A stretch of DNA of 64,000 nt from Candidatus Brocadiia bacterium. Its GTDB lineage: Bacteria; Planctomycetota; Brocadiia; SM23-32. Below are positions 39,706 to 49,895 of the stretch, piece after piece. How positions within the stretch are numbered: position 1 is the first letter of the stretch; the number at the start of each line of letters is the position of its first letter. Made by a program: the position numbers and the translations under genes. The notes beneath the pieces are model-generated. The model saw nothing but the letters and a program-made list of their open reading frames with translations, was not told the DNA's origin and searched no databases. The stretch spans positions 1 to 64,000 of the forward strand of contig JBKHIT010000014.1 of the NCBI GenBank assembly GCA_046538485.1, given 5' to 3'.

Positions 39706-40890
39706 ATGCGCTTCAATCCACTATTGCTTTTTGTAGCCATATCTGGAGCACTGTCAATGACCGCAAATGCACAAGATTCACCCGTTAAAACGGTTGTGTT
39801 TCCCAAAGATGGGAGAACTGTCCATCGCATTCCCTCAATTGTCGTATCCACGGACGGCACGATTTTGGCATTTGCCGACAGACGCGTGGGTTCGAGGAGC
39901 GATTGGGGCCACCGTACGGACATTGTTCTGCGCCGCAGCACGGACAACGGAGAAACGTGGCAACCGGTGCAGACGCTTTTCGGCCAGGACTCCGTCTGCG
40001 CGCACGGCGGTCCTGCGCTTGTCGACCGACAGGCGGGACGAGTCTTCAAGTTTTTCCGAAAAGCGCCAGCGGCATTCAAGAATTCGACTGAAATGGTCAA
40101 GGCTATGGCCGAACGCGAGGAATATGTGAAATGGGTGGAGTGGGGCGCAGGGAACTACGTCTGTACGAGCGACGATGACGGCAAAAGCTGGACGGAACCG
40201 AAGCGACTGGATATAGTTCATCCCGAGATCAAAGACTTGACTCAGGTCGGGAACGGCATCCACGGAGTTCAACTTGACGACGGTACGCTGGTGATCCAGG
40301 GCGGCGGAGGTCTGCGTCGCCGTCTGCAACGCTGGGAAGACAGGTCAAAGCTGTCTTTTTTGTTGCTGAGCACGAACGGAGGGCAGACGTGGGAGATCGG
40401 CGCTCAATGGCCCGTTGCCGGTGCAATGAGGGAATTCGCTCTGGCGCCCCTTGCCGGCGGACGGCTCTATGTGAATCAGCGGGCACGGTCTTTTCGCCGC
40501 GTCGCGTGGCTGAAGGGAGTTCAAGACGAGACGGTCACCCAGCAGCCCGACAAAAACTTGATCGATCCGGGGTGTCACGCTGGTTTGGTCATGCTTCGTC
40601 AAGCCGTGGATGGCCAATCTGTCTTGCTGTTCAGCAACCCCCCGAATGTCAATCCTCATCCAGATGAATTTTATCCCGAAGGACGTTACGGTCTCGCCCT
40701 GCGTATGAGTTTGGACGAAGGCAAAACCTGGTCGCCGGCCAGGCAACTTGAGAAAGGGCTCTCCGCCTACAGCGATCTGGCCGAGGGCCGCGATGGCACA
40801 ATTTACTGTCTTTATGAAACCGGCAAGTCGTTCTACTCCGAAAATGTCACGGTGGCACGTTTTGGTATTGAGTGGTTACAGACGGAATAG
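39706..40890 (+). CDS. Secreted sialidase-family (GH33-like, BNR/Asp-box) protein
   Basis: HRIP motif. Four Asp-boxes (STDNGETW, SDDDGKSW, STNGGQTW, SLDEGKTW). AYSDL Tyr. Signal peptide. Confidence 0.9.
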   Translation: MRFNPLLLFVAISGALSMTANAQDSPVKTVVFPKDGRTVHRIPSIVVSTDGTILAFADRRVGSRSDWGHRTDIVLRRSTDNGETWQPVQTLFGQDSVCAHGGPALVDRQAGRVFKFFRKAPAAFKNSTEMVKAMAEREEYVKWVEWGAGNYVCTSDDDGKSWTEPKRLDIVHPEIKDLTQVGNGIHGVQLDDGTLVIQGGGGLRRRLQRWEDRSKLSFLLLSTNGGQTWEIGAQWPVAGAMREFALAPLAGGRLYVNQRARSFRRVAWLKGVQDETVTQQPDKNLIDPGCHAGLVMLRQAVDGQSVLLFSNPPNVNPHPDEFYPEGRYGLALRMSLDEGKTWSPARQLEKGLSAYSDLAEGRDGTIYCLYETGKSFYSENVTVARFGIEWLQTE

Positions 40891-40982
40891 GCCCTGAGGT
40901 TTTGCTGTTGCTGTATCACGGCGAAAAAAGGAGGCCAACATGCAACGGATGAGAGGAGATTCTATTTGGCCGGAGAAATAGA

Positions 40983-41525
40983 ATGAGATGTGTCACAGAA
41001 CCTGAGAGGAATCTTCCTGTAATCGATGAAAAGGATGTCGTTGTGGTTGGCGCTGGACCGGCGGGGATCGGTGCCGCTATCGGTGCGGCTCGGGCCGGTG
41101 CGAGGACGCTCCTCCTGGAGCGATACGGATGTGTGGGCGGCAATATGACGGTGGGCGGTGTCCTCAATATCCGGCAGTACACGGACGATGAAAAACAGAT
41201 TATTGGTGGTGTGGCAGGAGAGCTTGCGGAGCGGATCCGTGAAAGAGGCGGCACGCGCGAGACGCCGGCTGAGGGACGCTATGTGCGGCACGATCCGGAG
41301 ATTACCAAGTATGTAGCCCAGGAGATGCTGCTGGAAGAAGGTGTGAAACTTCTTCTTCACACCGATTTCGCGGATGCTGTTGTCGAGAAGGACAAAGTGC
41401 AAGGTGTGGTTACGGAGAGCAAGTCAGGGCGGTCGGCGATTCTGGCAAACGCGCATTGTTCTATTTTCGCATCGGATGTCGCGCAGCGATTGCGGTTGCG
41501 AGAAATTTCTACCAGAATGTTATAA
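40983..41525 (+). pseudogene. 3'-truncated FAD-dependent oxidoreductase (FAD_oxidored family)
   Basis: DVVVVGAGPAG..LLERYGCVGG. Homology stops at SKSGRSAILA (about 41447), just before the expected xxIDATGD motif. Only 180 aa. Confidence 0.75.
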
Positions 41526-41564
41526 CGATCGGGCATTTGATACTGTCTTTTCAGGAGGCGATTC

Positions 41565-42599
41565 GTGGCTGAGCGGAACTTTTCGATGATTGAATATTTC
41601 AACCGGTTGGCAGCGGAACATGTTCCCGAGATGTCTTTCCAGGGAGAGACCGAACAGGACTGGCGCGACTGGCGGGAAAAGGGGTTTCCGAAACTGAAAG
41701 AGCTGCTCGGCTCCATGCCAGAACCGGCTGAATTGAATCCGGAGGTTGTTTATGGGGTTGAAGAAAACGGTCTGACACGAGAACGGGTTGTTATTGACAC
41801 AGAAGAGCATATGTCCGTTCCCTGCGTGGTTCTAAAGCCGGTTGACATGGCCGACGATGGTGCTAACGCCGCCATCGTTTGCAGTCATGGGCACGGTTTG
41901 TACGGGAAAGAGAGCGTTACCGGAAACAGGTCTCTTGCGGAAATCGGAAACCGGATTGAGCAACATAATTACAATTATGGGGAGCAGATGGCGCGGCACG
42001 GGTATCTTACCATCTCCCCGGATTTGCGCGTTTTTGGCGAACGGTCCGATGGTGGGGATCCGTATCCCGGTCGCGATCCGTGCAACGTTCAGTTCATAAG
42101 GGGCATGATTCTCGGCGTTTATACGTTAACGCTGAATATTTTTGATATGACCCGGATTGTGGATTATCTTGAGACGCGGCCGGAGGTTGATCCTGAACAT
42201 ATTGGGATGATGGGGCTGAGCCAGGGGGGGACGATGACAACTTTCACCACGGCTGTAGAGCCGCGGATCAAGGCGGCCGATATCATTGGATATATGGCAA
42301 CCTGGCGGGGGATGGGCATCAAGGACGCCAATTTTTGTGGTTCGCAGGTGGTGCCTGACATCTTTCGGTATTTTGATATAGCCGACGTCGCCGGGTTCAT
42401 TGCCCCACGGCCACTTCTGCTTGAGATGGGTATTCAAGATACATGTTTTCACATTGATGAGATGCTTCCGAATGCCGACCGGGTCAAGGAGATATATCGG
42501 GCGGCCGGGGCGGCCGAAGACCTTCACATGGATATCCACCCCGGGGGACATGCTTTTGCGGGGAACAAAGCATTCGATTTTTTCGATCGCTACCTGTGA
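41565..42599 (+). CDS. Alpha/beta hydrolase (dienelactone hydrolase / acetyl esterase-like)
   Basis: Motifs SHGHG, GLSQGG (nucleophile elbow), IAPRPLL, D and GGH triad. GTG start after AGGAGG. Confidence 0.88.
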   Translation: MAERNFSMIEYFNRLAAEHVPEMSFQGETEQDWRDWREKGFPKLKELLGSMPEPAELNPEVVYGVEENGLTRERVVIDTEEHMSVPCVVLKPVDMADDGANAAIVCSHGHGLYGKESVTGNRSLAEIGNRIEQHNYNYGEQMARHGYLTISPDLRVFGERSDGGDPYPGRDPCNVQFIRGMILGVYTLTLNIFDMTRIVDYLETRPEVDPEHIGMMGLSQGGTMTTFTTAVEPRIKAADIIGYMATWRGMGIKDANFCGSQVVPDIFRYFDIADVAGFIAPRPLLLEMGIQDTCFHIDEMLPNADRVKEIYRAAGAAEDLHMDIHPGGHAFAGNKAFDFFDRYL

Positions 42600-42630
42600 G
42601 ACCAGAGCGTGCCGCCGGGCTCAGGGGTAT

Positions 42631-42658
42631 TTGACAGGGGGAGTAAAGCAGGTATAAT
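42631..42658 (+). promoter_or_regulatory. Consensus sigma70 promoter
   Basis: TTGACA-16 bp-TATAAT. Confidence 0.7.
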
Positions 42659-43140
42659 GCCAACAAAAGCGTTGTAGAACACCATGCTGGGTTTCAGGAG
42701 TATGGCGGATGTGTTTTGGTGCGGGGGTTGCTGCTGAAGATTAGTTATGGTTTTCGGCCAGGGGGGGCGAGCTGCGTATGGTGCCGTTGAATTCACAGAA
42801 CCTACGCCCCCGGATTTTACGGATAATTTGGATAAACGATTGTTAAAATGAAACCGTTGTTTTTTGCCGGATATCGTTCAAAGTTCTTGCCAGCCAAAAA
42901 TCCGGGCTAAAAGACGGTGGAATAGATTTGACAAGAAAAAATTTCCAGTAACAGGCTGAAGGTAGATCCCGGAAAAATTAAAATAAACGGATTTTTCACA
43001 AACAGGATAACAACATTTCCCGATATGGCGTTGTCAGCCGTGAAATATGGGCCGTTTGGTGATATTTTGTTCTTTGGCTTATTTTGAGGGTCCGCAGCCC
43101 GAACCAACTGTAACGACAAACTTAAATCCGAGGTGGCAAA

Positions 43141-46100
43141 ATGCAGAAGAGCCGATTTCCCTTCAGGCATATTTTTCTCGCGCACCAAATCATGTTCCGC
43201 CCCAGTTTGATGCCGCGTTTACGGCGGGGAAGAATTCTTCTGGCTGTTTTTGGACTATTTGTTTTTATCCTGTTCGCGCCGCCAAATTATGCTGCTGAAA
43301 CTCCAAATTCGGCCGGTCCGGTTGCGCGGCTGGATACGCCGATATTTCGTATTCCTTTCACGAACAACCCGCCGACGATCGACGGGCCGATGAAAGAAGG
43401 CGAGTGGCAGGATGCCTCCGCGCTATCGGGTTTTTGGTATGATTTTGCCGCTGCAAAATTCTTGTATCTGGCACCCAAAGAGACCCAGCTTGAGGTCTAT
43501 GGTGCTTACGATAAGGAAAATCTCTACATTGCATACACTTCACCTGTTTACCCGCCGGGTTCGTGGTTGAAAGCGCGCGGGCGCTTCCCTGATGTCACGC
43601 ATCACCCCCGTTTTGGCATTATTTGGGACGACCACATCGAACTGGAGATACGGCCTTACCACGACAATGTCAAAGGGTTTCGCCTCGGGCTTTTCAAATG
43701 GTTTGTCAATCCGACGGGCACGGTTGCCGACCTTTATTGGTCTCAGAAGGGGGGAGAGCAGGGGAAATGGCTCTCCCAGATGAAAGCCCAGTGTAACGTA
43801 ACGCCAGACCGCTGGACTCTGGAGATGGCGATTCCCCTCGAGCGACTTGTCCACGGGGCTTACGCGGGGCAGGAAAAGGATGGCGAAAAGTATGTCAAGC
43901 TTCCCCCCCCACCCGGAACCGCCTACCGGGTCTGGTTTACCCGCGGGATCGGTGGTAATGGTGGATTCTATAATGCTTTTGACAACCACGTCTGGAATAC
44001 GACGAAAACAAAAATGATTCTGGATCCCGATTGCGTCAGTTTCCAGATCAACGAGCTCGGGCCGATTATGGAAGACATTATTGATGTGCAGATGACTGTC
44101 AAAAACCACAGCAAGCGTTCGCAGACGCTGCGGTTGGGATTTTTCGCCGAGAGCGCAGCCGGGACGATCTATTCCAGTTACGAAAGCGGAAAATTGAGCG
44201 ACGGGTTGCTGGAACTGGTCCCCGGTGAGGTCCGGAAAATCCGTCTGAAAAAGCCTTTCCCGGGAATCACTACGGTCGGTAATACCCTCTGGTTCGATGT
44301 TCGCACCGCCGGTCGGCCAGCCAAACCGGTTTTCATGACGCGGCTCATTGATTTCCATTCTCAGGATGCGGATCTTATCCCCGAGGATGGGAAAGATTTC
44401 AAATCGCGCCGGCTCGACGTCATTGAAGAAGAGCTGCGTCCGCCCCGCCAGGACTTTGATTTCACATACAACTACTCGAAATTCTCCAACCGTATCAGCG
44501 GTATTGTGGATATCGGGATCTACGGCGCCAGTAAGGAAGCAAAACGGGCTGTGGAAGCCAAACTGACGGTTCTGGATCGCACGAAGGGTGGCGAAATCGT
44601 TACCAGCAAAAAGGAACCGTTTACAGGTAATTTCGCCTGTTTTCTTTTCGATATGCCGAAGTTGACCCCCGACCACACCTACACGGTCTCCGTCCTGCTT
44701 TTCGATGAGAACAAGAGGATTGTGGGGGAGGACAGATCCAATGAGTTCACTCCGGGAGGTGATTTCAAGCACGCGGAGAAAATGAAAGAAAAAGGGCGGG
44801 AAGGGGTTGATATCGTCCCGGTCGAAGAATGGAAACACCACGAAATCGGGCTCGACGACGTTGTCTGGGAACCGTTCACCGAAATGAAAGTCGGTCCCGA
44901 TGGATTTGAGACGCTCAAACATCGTTTCGATCTTGCGGACTCCGGCCTGCCGCAACAAATTTATATTAAACCGAACGCGTGGGATCTGCCCCTGGAGGAA
45001 CGGGGACAGGATTCTCAATTAGAGGCTGAAGAACTGCAGAAAATCGGCAGAGGCCCGCAGCTGCGTCGCGCGATGCGCCTTGTGGTCAAGGCCGGGGACG
45101 AACGCTACCCGGCCAAAGTGACCAAAAAGGCCCGGTTGGTCAAAGAGTGGAAAAGCGAACTGGAGTATGGGTCAGAGCTCCAGGCCGGCCCGCTCAAGGT
45201 CAAACTGCGCACCCGCTACGACTGTGACGGTTCAATGCATTGTTCGCTGACATACGGTGCGGACAAGGCGGTTCAGGTGGACGGATTTGAGTTGGTCACT
45301 GATGTGGGCGGGCCGGTTAATCTGGTGGCGAGCGGCATCTCCGGGGCCGGAATGGCCGGTTCCGATCGCTGGGAGTGCACGCTTCCGCACACAACGGGGG
45401 TGGTCTGGGATAGCGCCAATATCGAACCCCCCGACCTGTTCTACTCTCAGTTCGTCCCGTTCATCTTTTTCGGGACCGGTGACCGTGGATTCACCTGGTA
45501 TGCATCGTCGGATCGCTACTGGGAACTGGATCGAGATGGCTCCTCGATGATTCTCTCGCGCAACGCGCGCGGGGAAGTCACATGGAGGGTAAAATTCGTC
45601 AATCATGCGAGCACCATCGAGGGACATCAGACGCTTCAGTTTCATGTGTTGACTCACCCTGCCAAACCAAAACCGAAAAATTACAGGAAGATTTCCTGGC
45701 TTTACCGCGGGGATACCTGGGCGCTGGGGTATCAGGTTGAACCACTCGAACTGTCCGAGGAAGTTCTCAAAGAGCAATGGCGTTTTGCCGCGAGTGCGCC
45801 GGAAGATGTGCCTTTCGAGAAAGCGCATACGTGGCGGAAGGAAACCGCTCCATGGCGGCGTTTCGGGCGTTGGCGAAATGTCGGCGTGGCCCCGGGGCTG
45901 GACTATCGGTTCGAACAACGTCTGCTGTATTATTTCGAACGACAGATTCGTGTCGGTCGACGTCACGGATACTGGTGGGATGAATACTGGCCGGGGTTCG
46001 GGCGGTCGGACAATCTGGCGGAGGGTAATTCCTACCTTCGTGACCCGGAAGATGTGCGGGAGAAAGAACTCCCCTGGCAGAGCGGTTTCACCGGCGATCA

Positions 46101-47010
46101 CATGCGCCGTGCCCAGAAAAGACTGGCGCGGGTCTCCGCCAAAAACAACGTTCCACAACGGCAATACCACTGGGCGAACAACGCTGCCACCCTTTACGAA
46201 TCGGTTGCCTGGGACTGCCAGCTTGTCGAAGAATGTGGGGCAGGACACCGATCTTTTGATCTCGATATCGTCACCCAGTTCCCCAGCAGTCTCTGGCGCT
46301 ATGAGTCTCATCACTTTACCGGACTGGTGAGCCGTCTGGTTGCCGATCATCTGCCGACACGGGCAGGCGACGACTTGCGTCCCGAGCGCCAGTATTTTGG
46401 ACGCGCGCTTCTCAATGATATCGGCGTTTGCTTCGATGGGCCTCACGGACGGTTCCATAACGTCGAACAGGGAATTCGTTTGATCAATGAACTGACGGAA
46501 TTTGGGTTTTTTGAAAGCACAGATACCGAACTGATTCCCTACTGGCGCAGCGAACATATCGTGCGGCTCGGCGAAGGCAGACGCCAGGATTCTCATCTGT
46601 CGGCGTTGAGCGATCAGCTTCCAAGGGATCACCTCTATGTCACGGCCTACCGTCGGCCCATCGAAAAAAATGGGCAAAAGGGCTACAAAGTGCTTTTTGT
46701 GCTCATGAACGAATACGATGAACCGGTTCGCACGAAACTCCACATCCTGAAAGGCGAACGTCTTTTCGGAGGTCCCAACGATCTACGGCTCAGCGATATG
46801 GTTTCTGAACTTTCCTTGCCGGAAGGCCTGAGCGCTGAAGATCTGGGCCGATGGGCCGGAGATGCGAAAGATACTCAGGTGCTGAAGAACCTGGAGAGCG
46901 GCGGGTTTGTCACGCGCTCCGAAGGTGACCCCGGCGAGACCTACGGCCCAATCTGGATCCCCCATCACAATTATCGCGTGTTTTACGGATATGCCCTGGC
47001 CGGAGAATGA
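43141..47010 (+). CDS. Large secreted/membrane-anchored glycoside hydrolase-like protein (CBM9-like N-terminus + DUF6067/GH123-like)
   Basis: Hydrophobic N-terminal segment. CBM9-like PPTIDG..EW.DA, YDKENLYIA, WDDHIEL and WTLEMAIPL. Then RYDCDG, FFGTGDRGFTW and GYWWDE. Confidence 0.65.
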   Translation: MQKSRFPFRHIFLAHQIMFRPSLMPRLRRGRILLAVFGLFVFILFAPPNYAAETPNSAGPVARLDTPIFRIPFTNNPPTIDGPMKEGEWQDASALSGFWYDFAAAKFLYLAPKETQLEVYGAYDKENLYIAYTSPVYPPGSWLKARGRFPDVTHHPRFGIIWDDHIELEIRPYHDNVKGFRLGLFKWFVNPTGTVADLYWSQKGGEQGKWLSQMKAQCNVTPDRWTLEMAIPLERLVHGAYAGQEKDGEKYVKLPPPPGTAYRVWFTRGIGGNGGFYNAFDNHVWNTTKTKMILDPDCVSFQINELGPIMEDIIDVQMTVKNHSKRSQTLRLGFFAESAAGTIYSSYESGKLSDGLLELVPGEVRKIRLKKPFPGITTVGNTLWFDVRTAGRPAKPVFMTRLIDFHSQDADLIPEDGKDFKSRRLDVIEEELRPPRQDFDFTYNYSKFSNRISGIVDIGIYGASKEAKRAVEAKLTVLDRTKGGEIVTSKKEPFTGNFACFLFDMPKLTPDHTYTVSVLLFDENKRIVGEDRSNEFTPGGDFKHAEKMKEKGREGVDIVPVEEWKHHEIGLDDVVWEPFTEMKVGPDGFETLKHRFDLADSGLPQQIYIKPNAWDLPLEERGQDSQLEAEELQKIGRGPQLRRAMRLVVKAGDERYPAKVTKKARLVKEWKSELEYGSELQAGPLKVKLRTRYDCDGSMHCSLTYGADKAVQVDGFELVTDVGGPVNLVASGISGAGMAGSDRWECTLPHTTGVVWDSANIEPPDLFYSQFVPFIFFGTGDRGFTWYASSDRYWELDRDGSSMILSRNARGEVTWRVKFVNHASTIEGHQTLQFHVLTHPAKPKPKNYRKISWLYRGDTWALGYQVEPLELSEEVLKEQWRFAASAPEDVPFEKAHTWRKETAPWRRFGRWRNVGVAPGLDYRFEQRLLYYFERQIRVGRRHGYWWDEYWPGFGRSDNLAEGNSYLRDPEDVREKELPWQSGFTGDHMRRAQKRLARVSAKNNVPQRQYHWANNAATLYESVAWDCQLVEECGAGHRSFDLDIVTQFPSSLWRYESHHFTGLVSRLVADHLPTRAGDDLRPERQYFGRALLNDIGVCFDGPHGRFHNVEQGIRLINELTEFGFFESTDTELIPYWRSEHIVRLGEGRRQDSHLSALSDQLPRDHLYVTAYRRPIEKNGQKGYKVLFVLMNEYDEPVRTKLHILKGERLFGGPNDLRLSDMVSELSLPEGLSAEDLGRWAGDAKDTQVLKNLESGGFVTRSEGDPGETYGPIWIPHHNYRVFYGYALAGE

Positions 47011-47037
47011 CTCTGTCGGCCACGAGAGGAGTGAAAA

Positions 47038-48891
47038 ATGATGAAAACTGCTAAGATCGTCCCGCTGGTGGTGTGCTTTGTTGTGGCGGTGGCCTCCGCC
47101 GCTGGCCCTCAAGCAAAGGAGCCGTTCCAACCTATCAGCGGTGAAGGGGATGCACTGGAAACCGTCAGGCATGAGTTCGCGATCTCCGAGACGGGGCTCC
47201 CCGCTCAGATCGAAATTAAGGCTGCCAAACAGGAAATCCCCCCCGAGAAACGCAACAAGCCTCAGGAAGTCAGTGACCGTGAGCTGCTGCAGATCGGTCG
47301 CGGTAAGCAACTTCGATCTCCCATGCTCCTTCAGGCCACAGTGGAGGGAAAAGCCGCCGAAATCGACCTGAAAAAACCGGCCAAACTGACCGATGAAAAT
47401 GCCGATCAGCGCACCTACAAAGCGCGATTCCAGACCGGGCCCGTTGTTGTGGATCTGACAATGCAATACCAGTGCGATGGCTCTATGATCGGCGAGATCG
47501 AATACCGCGCAAAAGGACAACGGATCGATTCCCTGGAGCTGATACTGCCGCTTTCAGGACCCGTCACACTCGCCTGGGCCGGACCTCGACCGGGGAAAAA
47601 AGGAATCAAAAGCACGCGCGGGCTCAATCCCGCGGTCCCCGGCGACCTCGATAAAGTGGTGTGGGATAATACCTCCGATGCGAAAATGCGGGCCGCGAAT
47701 GAGTCGTTCGCCGGTTACCTTTTCTTTGGCAGCCGCGACCGGGGTTTCACGTGGATTTGCCAGAATAAGAAAGGCTGGCAGATTGATTCCTCTCAGCCGA
47801 TGATGACCATGAAACGGGACGAAGCGGGGGCTCTGACCTGGCGAGCGAAATTGGTGAATCACCCGATGAATCTGAAAGGGAAACACCGGGTCAAATTCGG
47901 GCTGATGGTTCATCCCGCCCGGCCCCGGCTGGAGGACCGACGTGAAAAACAATGGTTTCAATGGCCTGTGAAAGAGACTCCGCGACAGATCAGCCCTTTG
48001 GAGTTTTCTCTTGCTGATCGACAAAAAGCTTTCGCGGAAAAACCGGAAGTGCTCAGTGCTCTGACCGGCCCGGCTCTTGAATCGTGCTCCCCGTATATGG
48101 AGCTGACGGGGCAAGCCGGGGCTGCGATGATATCGCCGGAGAAGGACACCGTGGATCTTTATCCGGAGCCGCTTTTTTCTGTTCTGGCCGGATCGTATAC
48201 CGGCCTGACAACGCGCATTCGTCCGAACGTGCGCGAAGTCGTCGCAGCGGGTGATAATCCGGCATACGACCGCCAGATTCTGGGGCGGGCGCTGTTGCAT
48301 GATATCGGCGCCTCACTTCAGGGAATGTCCCAGCCTGTGCATTACGTCAGGTTGCTGCGGATTCTGAAGGATTTCGGGTTTTTCGATGCAGCGCAGATAG
48401 AAGTCCTGCCCTACTGGCAGAATGGTGAATATGTTCGATACGGAGAACAGTATGAGAAGGAAGACGCTTTTGAAGTTACCAGCGAGAATCCTGCGTCAGG
48501 AGTGCGCGTGACGGTTTTCCGTCGTCCGCGAGACGAGGGCGGATACGAAGCGCTGTTTGTGGTTATGAACGAACGTGAAAATGACGTGCGCCAGCGGCTG
48601 TATGTTCTGGACCCCGGTCGCATATTCGGCGGGACCAACCAGTTCGAGCTGGCGGATGCTGCAAAGGGACTTGATTTCAGCGGAGTTCCTGATGACAGCG
48701 ATTGGCGGCGCGGCAAAGTGATCGGGGCTGTGAAGGGAAGGGGTAAAAAATCTCGAATGGCTCTGAAAGATCTGGAGAGTGGGGGGGCTGTGCGGGCGCC
48801 CAAAAACCAGCCGGCGGGGGCGGAGGTCTACGGTCCGCTTTTCGTAAGATCCCATAATTATCGTATACTATATGGACACGGGGGAAAATGA
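47038..48891 (+). CDS. Secreted shorter paralog of the upstream DUF6067-like protein
   Basis: Signal peptide. Collinear matches to the C-terminal part of 43141-47010: SETGLPAQIEIK, QYQCDGSM, FFGSRDRGFTW, RQILGRALLHDIG and YGPLFVRSHNYRILYG. Confidence 0.75.
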   Translation: MMKTAKIVPLVVCFVVAVASAAGPQAKEPFQPISGEGDALETVRHEFAISETGLPAQIEIKAAKQEIPPEKRNKPQEVSDRELLQIGRGKQLRSPMLLQATVEGKAAEIDLKKPAKLTDENADQRTYKARFQTGPVVVDLTMQYQCDGSMIGEIEYRAKGQRIDSLELILPLSGPVTLAWAGPRPGKKGIKSTRGLNPAVPGDLDKVVWDNTSDAKMRAANESFAGYLFFGSRDRGFTWICQNKKGWQIDSSQPMMTMKRDEAGALTWRAKLVNHPMNLKGKHRVKFGLMVHPARPRLEDRREKQWFQWPVKETPRQISPLEFSLADRQKAFAEKPEVLSALTGPALESCSPYMELTGQAGAAMISPEKDTVDLYPEPLFSVLAGSYTGLTTRIRPNVREVVAAGDNPAYDRQILGRALLHDIGASLQGMSQPVHYVRLLRILKDFGFFDAAQIEVLPYWQNGEYVRYGEQYEKEDAFEVTSENPASGVRVTVFRRPRDEGGYEALFVVMNERENDVRQRLYVLDPGRIFGGTNQFELADAAKGLDFSGVPDDSDWRRGKVIGAVKGRGKKSRMALKDLESGGAVRAPKNQPAGAEVYGPLFVRSHNYRILYGHGGK

Positions 48892-48925
48892 TCCGGACCC
48901 ATTTTTGGTGATGGAGGTAACAAAA

Positions 48926-49831
48926 ATGCAAAGAATTCTATCCTTCTGTATCGCGCTGGCTCTCTCTTGCGCTTTTCTGGCGCCGATAGCGACCCCTGCA
49001 GAGAAGGAGGAGAAGTCGGCAGAAGGAAAAATCAAAGGTCACCGCACGATTGTTCTGAAGAAAGGCGATGAGATCCCCCGGGATTTTCATCAACGGCAGG
49101 GGCCCGCCGGGATCATCCGCCAGATCGAGCAATTTATGGAAAAGCTTCCCGAAGACCACACGGCAAAAATAGTCATCGGGAAATTTCTCAACCAGAATTA
49201 CGGGGGATACGACGACAGAATTGACCGGATGGTTATGCTTGGTCCCGATGGTAAGAAAGATGGCCTGGAGAAAACGTATGCCGGCGGGGGCGAAGGTGGG
49301 GGAGGGTTGAAACGCGAAATTCAATGGAAAGACGGCATTCGCCATGGAACGGAAAAAGTTTATTCACGTGGGCCCGGTCACGGGCTCTACGTTCAGGAGA
49401 CGATCCCCTGGGTGAAAGGGAAGGTGCATGGAACGGTGCAGGTTTTTTACCCGGACGGCGAGGTGATGGCGAAAGTACCCTACGTGCACGGGAAACAAGA
49501 AGGCGTGAGCAAAAGTTTCAGCGAGGAAGGCAAACTCACACAGGTTGTTCTTTATAAGAAGGGGAAGCGTGAGGGGAAAATGATCCAGTACTGGCCGAAG
49601 ACCGGCAAAAAGAAAAAAGTGGTCCCGTGTGAAAACGGTATGGTCGACGGCACAGCTCGTTTGTTCTACGATGATGGCACTTTAAAGGCCGAAATGCCGT
49701 TTCGCGAGGATACACTCCACGGGGTGGAGAAACGATACGACGAGGACGGCGAACTCCAACGCAAACGATATTGGCTTGATGGCGAGCTGGTCCCCGAGGG
49801 TGTTTTCAAAGATAAATACAAAAAGGATTAG
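48926..49831 (+). CDS. Secreted MORN-variant repeat protein (YwqK-like)
   Basis: Signal peptide after GGAGG/ATG 48926. Repeats of G..(H/E)G....(F/Y)..DG. Confidence 0.85.
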   Translation: MQRILSFCIALALSCAFLAPIATPAEKEEKSAEGKIKGHRTIVLKKGDEIPRDFHQRQGPAGIIRQIEQFMEKLPEDHTAKIVIGKFLNQNYGGYDDRIDRMVMLGPDGKKDGLEKTYAGGGEGGGGLKREIQWKDGIRHGTEKVYSRGPGHGLYVQETIPWVKGKVHGTVQVFYPDGEVMAKVPYVHGKQEGVSKSFSEEGKLTQVVLYKKGKREGKMIQYWPKTGKKKKVVPCENGMVDGTARLFYDDGTLKAEMPFREDTLHGVEKRYDEDGELQRKRYWLDGELVPEGVFKDKYKKD

Positions 49832-49895
49832 AACCCGTCACCGCGGTTTTTGGCGTGTTGCGGAAAACTTTTTTGATCGCAAGTGAGGATGGTGG

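Noticed and set aside
48872..49831. YwqK 'antitoxin' / toxin-antitoxin system
   Set aside because: The similarity is only generic MORN-variant repeats. The protein has a signal peptide and no toxin gene is adjacent.
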